A stretch of DNA of 64,000 nucleotides from an uncultured Gemmatimonadales bacterium. GTDB lineage: Bacteria > Gemmatimonadota > Gemmatimonadetes > Gemmatimonadales > GWC2-71-9. The notes below the pieces were generated by a model that was given only the letters and a program-made list of their open reading frames with translations, was not told the DNA's origin and made no database searches. Where the stretch lies: positions 64,001 through 128,000 of the forward strand of contig CAVUAK010000002.1 of assembly GCA_963739455.1 (NCBI GenBank), written 5' to 3'. Of this stretch, positions 32,236 through 44,128 are shown piece by piece. Within the stretch, counting starts at the first letter, position 1. Each line of letters starts with the position of its first letter. Made by a program: the position numbers and the translations under genes.

Positions 32236-32754
32236 TTACTTGTAGGCGGCGAGAATGCCGGGGACGCGCTCGGGGGTGACGCCCTCGATGAAGTCGTCAT
32301 CCACCAGGATCGGCGTCGCGAACCCGCAGGCGCCGAGGCACTCCACCTCGATCGCCGTAAACCGGCCATCGGGACTCGTGGCTCCCAGTTCGCCGCAGCC
32401 CGACTCGCGGAGGATCGCCTGCAGCGTCTCCTCGGCGCCGCACAGGCCGCAGGGCGACGTCGTGCAGACCTGGATGAAGTGCCGCCCAACCGGGTGGGTG
32501 TGGTACATCGTGTAGAACGTCACCACGCCCTTCACGAAGGCCGGCGTGACGCCGAGCACCTCGCCCACCTCCGCCATCGCCGCCTCGGAGATCCAGCCGC
32601 GACGCTCCTGGATCATCCAGAGCGCCGGGAGCAGGCACGCCTGCTTCGTCGGGTACTTGGGGAACAGCGCCTCGAGCCGTGCCTTCACCTCGCCCACGAA
32701 GACCGGCTCGTGCGCGGCGACAGTCCCGTCAGCGTGCGGGGCAGCATGGATCAT
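32236..32754 (-). CDS. nuoE: NADH-quinone oxidoreductase subunit E
   Basis: VVTFYTMY, VCTTSPC, ECLGAC. Confidence 0.95.
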   Translation of the reverse strand: MIHAAPHADGTVAAHEPVFVGEVKARLEALFPKYPTKQACLLPALWMIQERRGWISEAAMAEVGEVLGVTPAFVKGVVTFYTMYHTHPVGRHFIQVCTTSPCGLCGAEETLQAILRESGCGELGATSPDGRFTAIEVECLGACGFATPILVDDDFIEGVTPERVPGILAAYK

Positions 32755-34056
32755 CGGTCGATCTCTCCCATGACGATGTCGATGCTCGCATTGATGGCGA
32801 TGACGTCGGACAGGAGGGCGCCCTCGCAGAGCCGTGGCAGCGCGGACAGGTTGAGGAACGACGGCGGGCGTATCCGCCAGCGCACCGGCTTCGCCGTGCC
32901 ATCGGACACGAAGTAGTAGCCCAGCTCGCCCTTCGGGTTCTCGATGCCCAGGTAGGCTTCGCCCACCGGTGGCTTGATCCCTTCCATGACCTGCTTGAAG
33001 TGGAAGATCATCGCCTCCATGTCGCTCATGGCACGCGACTTGGGCGGCAGCACCACACGCGGGTCGTCCACATTGATCGGGCCGGGCTTGAGGCGCGCAA
33101 GCGCCTGCTCCAGGATCCGCACCGCCTGCCGCATCTCCTCCATGCGCACGAGGTAGCGGTCGTAGATGTCGCCGTGCTCACCTACCGGCACGTCGAAGTC
33201 GTACGTCTCGTAGCCGAGATACGGCCGGTCCTTGCGCATGTCGAACGGCACGCCGCTGGCCCGCAGCATCGGTCCGGTCAGCGAGCAGTTGATCGCCGTC
33301 TCCGCCATTGATCACCCCGACGCCCTGCGTGCGGCCGCACCAGATCGAGTTGCGGGTGAACATCGAGTCGATCTCGTCCAGCGTCTTCGGGAAGGTGCGG
33401 CAGAAGTCGCGCAGCCCCGCCTCCCAGCCATCGGGGATGTCGGCCATCAAGCCGCCCACGCGTGTCAGGCTGGTGGTGAGCCGCGCACCGGTCCACGCTT
33501 CCTGCAGGTTGTAGATCCGCTCGCGCTCCTGGAAGGCCCACAGGAACGGCGTGAAGGCACCCAGGTCGATGCCGGTTGTGCCCAGCCACACGAGGTGCGA
33601 GATGATCCGGCTCATTTCGCACGCGATGACCCGCAGCACCGTGCAGCGCTCGGTGATCTCGAGTCCCATCAGCTTCTCGACCGCCAGCGCGAGGCAGACG
33701 TTGTTCGCCATCGGCGACAGGTAGTCGGTGCGGTCGGTGAGCGGCACGATCTGGTTGTACTGCCGGTACTCGCCCAGCTTCTCGAAACCGGAGTGCAGGT
33801 AGCCGATGTGCGGAATGCAGCGCCGCACCGTCTCCCCATCGAGCTCGAGCACCAGCCGGAGCACGCCATGGGTGGCCGGGTGCTGCGGTCCGATGTTGAT
33901 CAGCATGTGCTCGGCGCCAAAGGCCTCGTCGAAATGGCCGGGCGCCTCGAATTCGCCGGTGTCCTGCAGCTGGACACCGAGCGGCACGGTGATCGGGCGC
34001 CCGCGGGCATCGAGGCCGGAGGTGCCCAGGGCCACGTCTACGGTGCGCGTGCTCAC
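32751..34056 (-). CDS. nuoD: NADH-quinone oxidoreductase subunit D, +1 frameshift near 33308
   Basis: [40 protein letters not shown]. Confidence 0.96.
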
Positions 34057-34673
34057 TCGACGAAGCCCCGCTTGCCCTGCTTCAGGCGCTCACGCACGTC
34101 CTCCGGAAGGTTCCGGTACTCCTCGGCGATCGACAGTTCCTCGAGCGAGTAGTGCGCTTCCGGGTTGCCGGCGAGCGCCTGGCGGGTCTGCTCCGAGCGG
34201 CTGAAGTGGCCGCGCAGCGGAAAGCTCTTCCGGAGCGGGTGACCCTCGGCGTACGTCTCCCACATGAGGATCCGGCGCATGTCGGGATGCCCGATGAACA
34301 GCACGCCGAACATGTCGAACACCTCGCGCTCGAGCCAGTTCGCGCCGCGCCACAGGTCCCACACCGTCGGCACCTCGAGCGGCTGGTCGGCCGTGAGCGC
34401 GACCTTGACCCGCAGGTCGGCGGGGCGGTCCAGTGCGCGGATCTGCCAGACCACCTCGAGCGCGCGCTCCGGGTCCCGGTAGTCCACCGCGGTGATGTCG
34501 GTGAGGTAGCTGAAGTCCTGGCCCGGCGTCTCCTTCAGCCACTCCAGCACGTCGTGCACCCGCTCGCGCGAGGCGTAGACGATCGTGTCGCCGCAGGACA
34601 CGACGTGGCGCTCGATCGCATCGCCGAACTCCTTCCGGAGCGGCGCCACCGAGGGCGACAGCGCGGCCGTCAT
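34053..34673 (-). CDS. nuoC: NADH-quinone oxidoreductase subunit C
   Basis: [31 protein letters not shown]. Start MTAALS overlaps the nuoB TGA. Confidence 0.94.
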   Translation of the reverse strand: MTAALSPSVAPLRKEFGDAIERHVVSCGDTIVYASRERVHDVLEWLKETPGQDFSYLTDITAVDYRDPERALEVVWQIRALDRPADLRVKVALTADQPLEVPTVWDLWRGANWLEREVFDMFGVLFIGHPDMRRILMWETYAEGHPLRKSFPLRGHFSRSEQTRQALAGNPEAHYSLEELSIAEEYRNLPEDVRERLKQGKRGFVE

Positions 34674-35294
34674 GTCGACCGGGTCTGGGACACGGAGTTG
34701 CCGAACGGCTCGGACAGCTCGTCGATCCGGTCGGGCGGGAGGTACAGGCCGTTGGCCCCGATGGTCTGCTCGCGCCGGATGAGGTCGTCGGTGAAGCTCT
34801 CGCCCGCGAATCTTCTTCATCAGCAGCATCACGCCGTAGAGCAGCCCTTCCGGACGCGGCGGGCAGCCGGGGACGTAGACGTCAACCGGGATGATCGTGT
34901 CGATGCCCTGCACCATGGCGTAGTTGTCGAAGATGCCGCCCGATGAGGCGCAGGCGCCCATCGAGATCGACCACTTGGGCTGCGGCATCTGGTCCCAGAC
35001 CCGGCGGATGACCGGCGCCAGCTTGAACGGCAGGCGGCCCGCGCAGATCAGCACGTCCGCCTGGCGGGGCGAGAAGCTCATGCGCTCCATGCCGAAGCGC
35101 GAGATGTCATAGCGCGATGCCGCCGTCGCCATGAACTCGATGGCGCAGCAGGCGGTACCGAACGGCATCGGCCACAGCGACCCCGTCCGGGCCCAGTTGG
35201 CCAGGAAATCGAGGCTCGTGGTCATGAAGTTGGGCGACACCGCCGACACTACCGGCGACCCGGCCGCCCCGGGTTCGATCTCGCTCAGTCCCAT
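34670..35294 (-). CDS. nuoB: NADH-quinone oxidoreductase subunit B, frameshift near 34805
   Basis: [34 protein letters not shown]. Confidence 0.94.
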
Positions 35295-35651
35295 TGCAGT
35301 GCCCCACGCTTCCAGATGTACAGGTAGCCGGCGCCCAGCACGAACATGAAGGCGAACATTTCGATCATCAGGAGCCCGGCCGACTTCGGGGATGCTGTGG
35401 AAGGCCACGGCCCACGGAATCAGGAAGACGGTCTCGATGTCGAACACGATGAAGAGCATCGCCACGAGGTAGAACTTGACCGAGAATCGCTGGCGGGCGT
35501 CACCGATGGTGGGCATGCCCGATTCGTACGGCTGCTGCTTGGCCGGATTGGTTCGGGACGACGACAGGAAGTGCGAGAGCCCGATCAGCAGGATCGCATT
35601 GGCGACTACGAACGCGATCAGGAGCAGGATCGGTACGAAGGGCCTGAGCAT
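35285..35651 (-). CDS. nuoA: NADH-quinone oxidoreductase subunit A, frameshift near 35385
   Basis: [27 protein letters not shown]. The alternative frame ends [15 protein letters not shown] at 35285. Confidence 0.93.
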
Positions 35652-35661
35652 TAGGAGGCTC

Positions 35662-35679
35662 TCGTGAATGTTTTCACTT
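35662..35679. promoter_or_regulatory. Rex-like operator upstream of nuoA
   Basis: TC-GTGAA-TGTT-TTCAC-TT versus Rex consensus TTGTGAA-N4-TTCACAA. Lies 10 bp before the nuoA ATG. Confidence 0.6.
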
Positions 35680-35832
35680 GCGTGCTGGAAACTAACCCAC
35701 CGGGACCGGGCAATTCAACCCGAACTGTCGACGGGCAAACACTATAGGAGCGGTCCCGGTTGCCGCTTGTCCGGGGGTTATATTGCAGCGCCGAAACAGT
35801 CCCCTGGATCCCTAACAACCGACCGCTTCCCT

Positions 35833-36393
35833 ATGTCCATCAAGTCCGACCGCTGGATCCGTCGCATGGCCCGGGAAACCGGCATGATCGAGCCCTTTAC
35901 CGACGGCCAGGTCCGGGCCGGCGCGATCAGCTACGGGGTCTCCTCCTACGGCTACGACATGCGGGTGGCGCCGGAGTTCAAGATCTTCACCAACGCGCTC
36001 TCGGCCATCGTCGACCCCAAGAACTTCGACGACAAGAGCTTTGTCGAGTTCTCGGGCGACGTCTGCGTGGTGCCGCCGAATAGCTTCGCCCTGGCCCGCT
36101 CGGTGGAGTACTTCCGCATCCCCCGCAACGTGCTCACCATCTGCGTCGGGAAGTCCACCTACGCCCGCTGCGGGATCATCACCAACGTCACCCCGTTCGA
36201 GCCCGAGTGGGAAGGTCATGTAACGCTCGAGATCAGCAATACAACACCACTCCCGGCAAAGATTTATGCGAATGAGGGCATCTGCCAGGTGCTCTTCTTC
36301 GAGGCCGACGATGACGACGTCTGCGAAACCAGCTATGCCGACAAGAAGGGGAAGTATCAGGCGCAGCGGGGAGTGACACTGCCGCGGTTGTAG
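35833..36393 (+). CDS. dcd: dCTP deaminase
   Basis: [45 protein letters not shown]. Confidence 0.96.
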   Translation: MSIKSDRWIRRMARETGMIEPFTDGQVRAGAISYGVSSYGYDMRVAPEFKIFTNALSAIVDPKNFDDKSFVEFSGDVCVVPPNSFALARSVEYFRIPRNVLTICVGKSTYARCGIITNVTPFEPEWEGHVTLEISNTTPLPAKIYANEGICQVLFFEADDDDVCETSYADKKGKYQAQRGVTLPRL

Positions 36394-36425
36394 TACCTGC
36401 AGGGTTGGGCGCTGGCTGGATTGAC

Positions 36426-37928
36426 CTAGTGCAGCGCCCCTGTCACGTCGTAGACGACCAGCGCCGGGTCGGCGGGGTTCCGCGCGGCGAAAACGAAATC
36501 CCTCCCGCCGATCCGGGCGAACGTCCCGGTATGCAGGCCTCCAGTCTCCAGCGCCGAGGTCACCAGTGTCGGGTGACCTGCCCCGTCCAGCGAGTAGATG
36601 AAGAACCCTCCGGCCGCCCCCCGTTCCGCCGTCAGCAGCAACCGCGTGCCGTTGCTCCCGACCTCCACATCGCTCACCGTGCCCACGTCCGGGAGGATCA
36701 GCGAGTCGGCGAGGAACGGCTCACCTGATGCAAGCAGCGACCAGACCTTGAGCGCATTGCCGGCATTCCGGTGACCCAGGCTGTCCAGGCGCGCCAGCCC
36801 GCCCCACGTTCCGGTGAACGCGAATGCGCCCTGCACCCACAGGTCCGACGTGTACCGCTCCAGCACGTTCTGCCCGCCGCCCAGCACCGCCAACCCTCCG
36901 CTTGCAGGGGCGAGGCGCCAGAATCCCGTCTCCATGTCGCTGGCGTAGACCGACCCGTTGGCAACCTGGACGCCCCAGGTGTACGTGCTGTCGGGGCCGC
37001 CGGGCTTCACCTGCGCTATCAGCCGCGAAGCGAGATTCCCCGATAGCGTCCCGGACACATCGATCGCAACCACGCCCCCGTTGTAGTAGGCAGCGTACAG
37101 CACCTGGGCTGCCTCATCCATCCAGAAGTTGTGGGTGCCGGCGCCCGCCAGGCCGAAGCTGGCCACTTGCACCGGGTGCACCAGGTCGGAAACATCCACC
37201 ACGTAGATCTCACCCCGTGATGCGCTGCCGATCACGCCGGGGCCCTCCTGTCCCAGGAAGACGTAGCGCTTCTCACCGCTGACCGGGTTGTGGAACCACC
37301 AGGCATTGTGGATGGCCCCGGTGAGTCCGCTGACAGCCCCCACGCCCGGCACCATGCGGGAGACCTCGACTGGTGAGCTCGGGCTCCCGCCACGGATGCC
37401 CTGCCCAACGTCGTAGATGATGAGGCCGGTGTTCCATGCGCACACGAACGCGAGTCCGTCGCGCACGAACGTGTCGTGGATGCCGTAGTTGGGGAGAACG
37501 GGGACTTGGGCGACGCGCACTGCCGCCGCACTGCTCACGGCGGTGGTGCTGAACACGACGGGTGACGCTGCTGTCGCGCCGAGCGAGGCCGATACCGTCT
37601 GGCTTCCCACCGCCGCACCAAGCGTGTGAAGCACCGACGCCCGTCCCGCGGCGTCGGTGACACTGGTTGCTTCAGAGAGGGTGCCGTTGCCGCCCGAGGT
37701 TCTCCACGACACCCTCGCACCGGCCACCGGATGCGCCGCATCGTCCGTCACGAGGACCGTGTAGGCCACCGGCAGGACGGTACCTGCGACGGCGGTCTGC
37801 CCACTGCCGCCGACCGACACGAAGTTGCTCTCGACCGGCGGTGGCACCACCGGGCCGTTGTCGCCCGCGCCGCACGCTGCTCCCGCCGCGATGCCAGCGA
37901 GGAGCAGCGCGCGACGCACATGCGACAT
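36426..37928 (-). CDS. Lipoprotein with Big-1-like Ig domain and LVIVD-type beta-propeller
   Basis: Lipobox GAAC. Ig motif GGSGQTAVAG...VTDAAGRAS. Propeller repeats GLIIYDV, IYVVDVSD, GVVAIDVS, LVVYDVT. Confidence 0.8.
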   Translation of the reverse strand: MSHVRRALLLAGIAAGAACGAGDNGPVVPPPVESNFVSVGGSGQTAVAGTVLPVAYTVLVTDDAAHPVAGARVSWRTSGGNGTLSEATSVTDAAGRASVLHTLGAAVGSQTVSASLGATAASPVVFSTTAVSSAAAVRVAQVPVLPNYGIHDTFVRDGLAFVCAWNTGLIIYDVGQGIRGGSPSSPVEVSRMVPGVGAVSGLTGAIHNAWWFHNPVSGEKRYVFLGQEGPGVIGSASRGEIYVVDVSDLVHPVQVASFGLAGAGTHNFWMDEAAQVLYAAYYNGGVVAIDVSGTLSGNLASRLIAQVKPGGPDSTYTWGVQVANGSVYASDMETGFWRLAPASGGLAVLGGGQNVLERYTSDLWVQGAFAFTGTWGGLARLDSLGHRNAGNALKVWSLLASGEPFLADSLILPDVGTVSDVEVGSNGTRLLLTAERGAAGGFFIYSLDGAGHPTLVTSALETGGLHTGTFARIGGRDFVFAARNPADPALVVYDVTGALH

Positions 37929-38380
37929 TATCGCGAGCGAACCGCGGCCCCGCCGCCGCCGCCACCGCCGCCGTCATCTCCACTCGAACGTGCCGTCGCG
38001 TTGAACGCGACCGGCGATCCATTCAGGGATGCGACCGCCTGGACCTTCTGCGCACCCACGATTGGACCAAGGACCCAGGTGACCTGGGCCAGGCCGTTCG
38101 CGTCGGTGGTCGTGGCGCTGGCACTGACGCTGCCGCCACCCTGCGTCGCGAACCATTGGATCCTCACGCCGGGAACCGGGTCACCCACGAAGTTGGTGGA
38201 TCGCACGGTGAGCAGCTCGCCGAGCTGGTCGCCGGCGTTGCCCGACTGTCCGTCACCGCTCACGTACTCGACCCCTGTCGCGATGGACGGGTCGTAGCCG
38301 TCGTTCGCCGAGCCGCAGGCGGCGAGCGTCACCGCCCCGACCGTGGTGGCCAGCGCCACCTTCACCAGTGCCATTCTCAC
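37928..38380 (-). CDS. Small lipoprotein with a Big-1-like Ig domain
   Basis: SD AGGAGG, lipobox LAAC, VSGDGQSG...TTTDANGLAQVTWVLG, Gly-rich tail. TAATG overlap with the next gene. Confidence 0.8.
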   Translation of the reverse strand: MRMALVKVALATTVGAVTLAACGSANDGYDPSIATGVEYVSGDGQSGNAGDQLGELLTVRSTNFVGDPVPGVRIQWFATQGGGSVSASATTTDANGLAQVTWVLGPIVGAQKVQAVASLNGSPVAFNATARSSGDDGGGGGGGGAAVRSR

Positions 38381-38392
38381 GACGCAATCCTC

Positions 38393-39646
38393 CTAGTGTG
38401 CATGTACACTCCTGGTTCCCACCACCTGTTCATCTGGAACAGCCACTGCCCCGTACCGCCCCATTCGTCCCATGCTGCCGCCGAAGTCGATCCGCATTCC
38501 CACCGTGACGCCGCGCATGTCGTTCGTGCCATACAGTGCCGCAGCGTCGAAGAGCCCACCACCCACACCGGCCACCGTGCCGAACGTCACTTCGACAAAG
38601 GGCTGGAACCCGACCCTGCCGCCTGCCAGCGCCAGCTGCAGCGCATAGTTGATCGTGTGCAGCGTCCATTCCGACTGCCCGACGATGCTGTTGTCCAGCA
38701 GCGGCCGGGGCGAGCGAAACAGGTTGTCGAAGTAGCGCTCCTCTTCCGGTCGCCCGGTGTGCTCGACGCGGTACCCGACCCGGTGACGACCCCGGAGCAC
38801 CGAGGCTTCCGCCAGGACCGAGGCGAACACGAACGCATTCTCGCCTTCCTCGGTACGCGCCCATTCCAGCAGGCCGTAGATCCCCGTGCGCCCGGCCACG
38901 CGTTGCATGCGGGCAGATGCGCTCCACTTTGCCTGGTCGAGTCCGGCGCCAGGCCGGTGCTCCGGAGAGTGGACCGACGCGTAGGAGCCCTGCACCTCCA
39001 GGCCGCGCACCGGCCACAGCGTCAGCCGCGTCGCCCACGAATCAGCGAACCGGCTCATGTTCGGCCACTGGCCCGGGTTCTCCGGCTCATCACCGTTGAA
39101 CACGGCGCCCTCGAGCCCCACGATTCCAAGCCGCCACCCTGTCGCAATCTCGGCGCGCTCGACGATTTGCGCGAGATGATGATTCACCGGGAAACGCACA
39201 AACGGGCGCGACATCGGGTCATCCGTACCAAACGGGACGATGCCCTTTCCCGCTGCGAGGCCGCCGGCGATGCTCACCGCTGACACGCGGCCGATCGGGC
39301 CCGACCCCCAGGCCATCGCCTCGTGCAGGTACGTGTGCGGATGACGGCGGTCAACGAATCCCTCGCCCCAGCCGCCGAGCGCCAGTTCACCCGCGGGCAT
39401 CGTCAGTCCCTCGAAGTCGAGGGTCAGTCGCCCCCGCAACGCCTGGCCGTACGCCGCCTGGCCCATGAGCACCGGCTGCAGCACCGTCACTTCCGTCAGC
39501 GACCCGCCACCCGGCACAACGTCGGAGGTGATGACCGACGGAAGTGCCTGCCCCATGAGGTGGCCCCGGAGCCGCTGCGCCCGCGCCGGGACAACCCCGG
39601 CACACAGGGCGACCACGAGCGCACCTGCGCTCCGAGAAAAGGACAT
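38393..39646 (-). CDS. Uncharacterised exported protein, probable outer-membrane beta-barrel
   Basis: Signal peptide ending ARA-Q and many alternating amphipathic strands. Motifs GFVDRRHPHTYLHE and PVNHHLAQ. Confidence 0.7.
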   Translation of the reverse strand: MSFSRSAGALVVALCAGVVPARAQRLRGHLMGQALPSVITSDVVPGGGSLTEVTVLQPVLMGQAAYGQALRGRLTLDFEGLTMPAGELALGGWGEGFVDRRHPHTYLHEAMAWGSGPIGRVSAVSIAGGLAAGKGIVPFGTDDPMSRPFVRFPVNHHLAQIVERAEIATGWRLGIVGLEGAVFNGDEPENPGQWPNMSRFADSWATRLTLWPVRGLEVQGSYASVHSPEHRPGAGLDQAKWSASARMQRVAGRTGIYGLLEWARTEEGENAFVFASVLAEASVLRGRHRVGYRVEHTGRPEEERYFDNLFRSPRPLLDNSIVGQSEWTLHTINYALQLALAGGRVGFQPFVEVTFGTVAGVGGGLFDAAALYGTNDMRGVTVGMRIDFGGSMGRMGRYGAVAVPDEQVVGTRSVHAH

Positions 39647-39712
39647 TGAGTGGATTCCGCCAAGGGAGACGAACAAGGTGGCGGCTTGCACACGGGCAAA
39701 CCCGACGCTGGG

Positions 39713-40497
39713 TCAGATGCCGCCGGCAGCGACCTCCTTGACCGGGGGCTGCGCGGCCGCGCGCAGGAAGTCGCCATTCATGCGGGTGATCGTGTCGATG
39801 CTGATTTCCTTGGGGCACGCTTCCTGGCACTCGCCGTACAGGGTGCAGCTGCCGAAGTGCTCGAGGTCCATCTGCTGCACCATCGACAGCGCTCGCCGGT
39901 AGCGCTCGGCCTGGCCCTGCGGCAGGACGCCGAGGTGCGTCACCTTGGCGGCGGTGAAGAGTGACGCCGAGCCGTTGGGACATGCCGCGACGCACGCGCC
40001 ACAGCCGATGCAGGCCGCCGCGTCCATCGCGCTGTCGCTCGCAATCTTGGGCACCGGGATAGCATTGCCATCGGGCGCACCACCCGTCGCCGCCGAGATG
40101 AACCCGCCCGAAGCGATGATCCGGTCGAACGCGCGGCGGTCCACCACCAGGTCGGCCAGCACCGGAAACGCCGCGGCGCGCCACGGCTCCACCGTGATCA
40201 CGTCGCCGTTCCTGAAGCTTCGCATGTGCAGCTGGCAGGTGGTCGTGGCGCGCGCTGGACCGTGCGCCACGCCATTGATCATCAGGCCGCACGTGCCACA
40301 GATCCCCTCGCGGCAATCGTGGTCGAACGCGATCGGCAGCTTGCCCTCGCCGATGAGTCGCTCGTTCAGTACGTCGAGCATCTCGAGGAACGACATCTCG
40401 GGGCTCACGCCCGGCACGTCATACGACACCAGTGAGCCGGCTGCGGCGGGGCCCGCCTGGCGCCAGACGCGGAGCGTGATCTGCATCAGGTCGTGGC

Positions 40498-40501
<4 letters not shown>
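39713..40501 (-). CDS. sdhB: Succinate dehydrogenase/fumarate reductase Fe-S subunit
   Basis: [35 protein letters not shown]. Confidence 0.95.
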
Positions 40502-42414
<1,913 letters not shown>

Positions 42415-42422
42415 TGAGTGCT

Positions 42423-42456
42423 CCTCACGCAGTTCCCCTCACCCCTCACCCCTCAC
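42423..42456. repeat. CCCCTCA heptamer array in the sdhC-sdhA spacer
   Basis: CCCCTCA x3 at 42435-42455 plus a degenerate CTCCTCAC unit at the sdhA SD. Confidence 0.85.
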
Positions 42457-42461
42457 GCGGT

Positions 42462-43122
42462 TCAATTCACCACTCCCATCAGGATGGCCAGCGGCACAAC
42501 GGCGAATCCCACCGCAATGATGATCGCCACCGCCAGGGCCGCCCTTCGCTTGAGCGGTGACGCCGATGCCTGCGCCACACCCAGCGTCCGCAGGCTGCTC
42601 CAGGCCCCGTGATACAGGTGCAGCGCCAGTGCCGCCATGGCCACGATGTAGAAGACAGCGATCAGCGGACGTTGCAGTGAACCGAGCAGGTTGGCGTAGA
42701 CATCGCCCTCCTGGAATGCCGGGTTCACCTTCCCGATCGTCAGGTCGAGCAGGTGATAAACGATGAATACCAGGAGCAGCACCCCGCCCCAGCGCAGCGT
42801 GCGCGATGCAAGTGTCGACACCTGCGGCGTCCTCGTCGCGTACTCGACCGGCCGCGCTGCACGGTTCCGCATGGTCAGCTGCCACGCCGCCACCACGTGC
42901 AGCACCAGTGCTGCCAGCAGCGACGACGCGCGCGCCCCAGACCAGCTCATTCAGCGGGCCGTGGAGCAGGTGGCCGTAGGCATTCAGGCGCTCGGCCCCC
43001 TGGAACACCTGCAGGTTGCCCACCATGTGACCGACCACGAACAGCACACCGATGATGCCGGTGACCGCCATGACGGCCTTCTTGCCGACGGAGGAATCCC
43101 AGAATGCCGCGAGGCGGTTCAT
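42462..43122 (-). CDS. sdhC: Succinate dehydrogenase cytochrome b subunit (b558 family), frameshift near 42925
   Basis: SSVGKKAVMAVTG, GHMVGNL, LVLHVV, VYHLL, LHLYHG. Confidence 0.92.
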
Positions 43123-43125
43123 GGA

Positions 43126-44128
<1,003 letters not shown>

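Noticed and set aside
34053..35651. 532-aa ORF that looks like a NuoA-NuoB-NuoC fusion
   Set aside because: The proper NuoA ending ([13 protein letters not shown]) and NuoB stop exist in other frames. The junction peptides are out-of-frame nonsense produced by two indels.
37950..37975. GGC/GGT run as a contingency locus
   Set aside because: An in-frame trinucleotide run encoding a Gly tail. Length change would not switch expression.
37667..39283. Long plus-strand ORFs (for example 37667..39283, 23618..25132, 43529..45079, 57150..58763, 62009..63562)
   Set aside because: Antisense shadows of well-supported minus-strand genes in high-GC DNA, with Arg/His/Pro-rich translations and no recognisable motifs.
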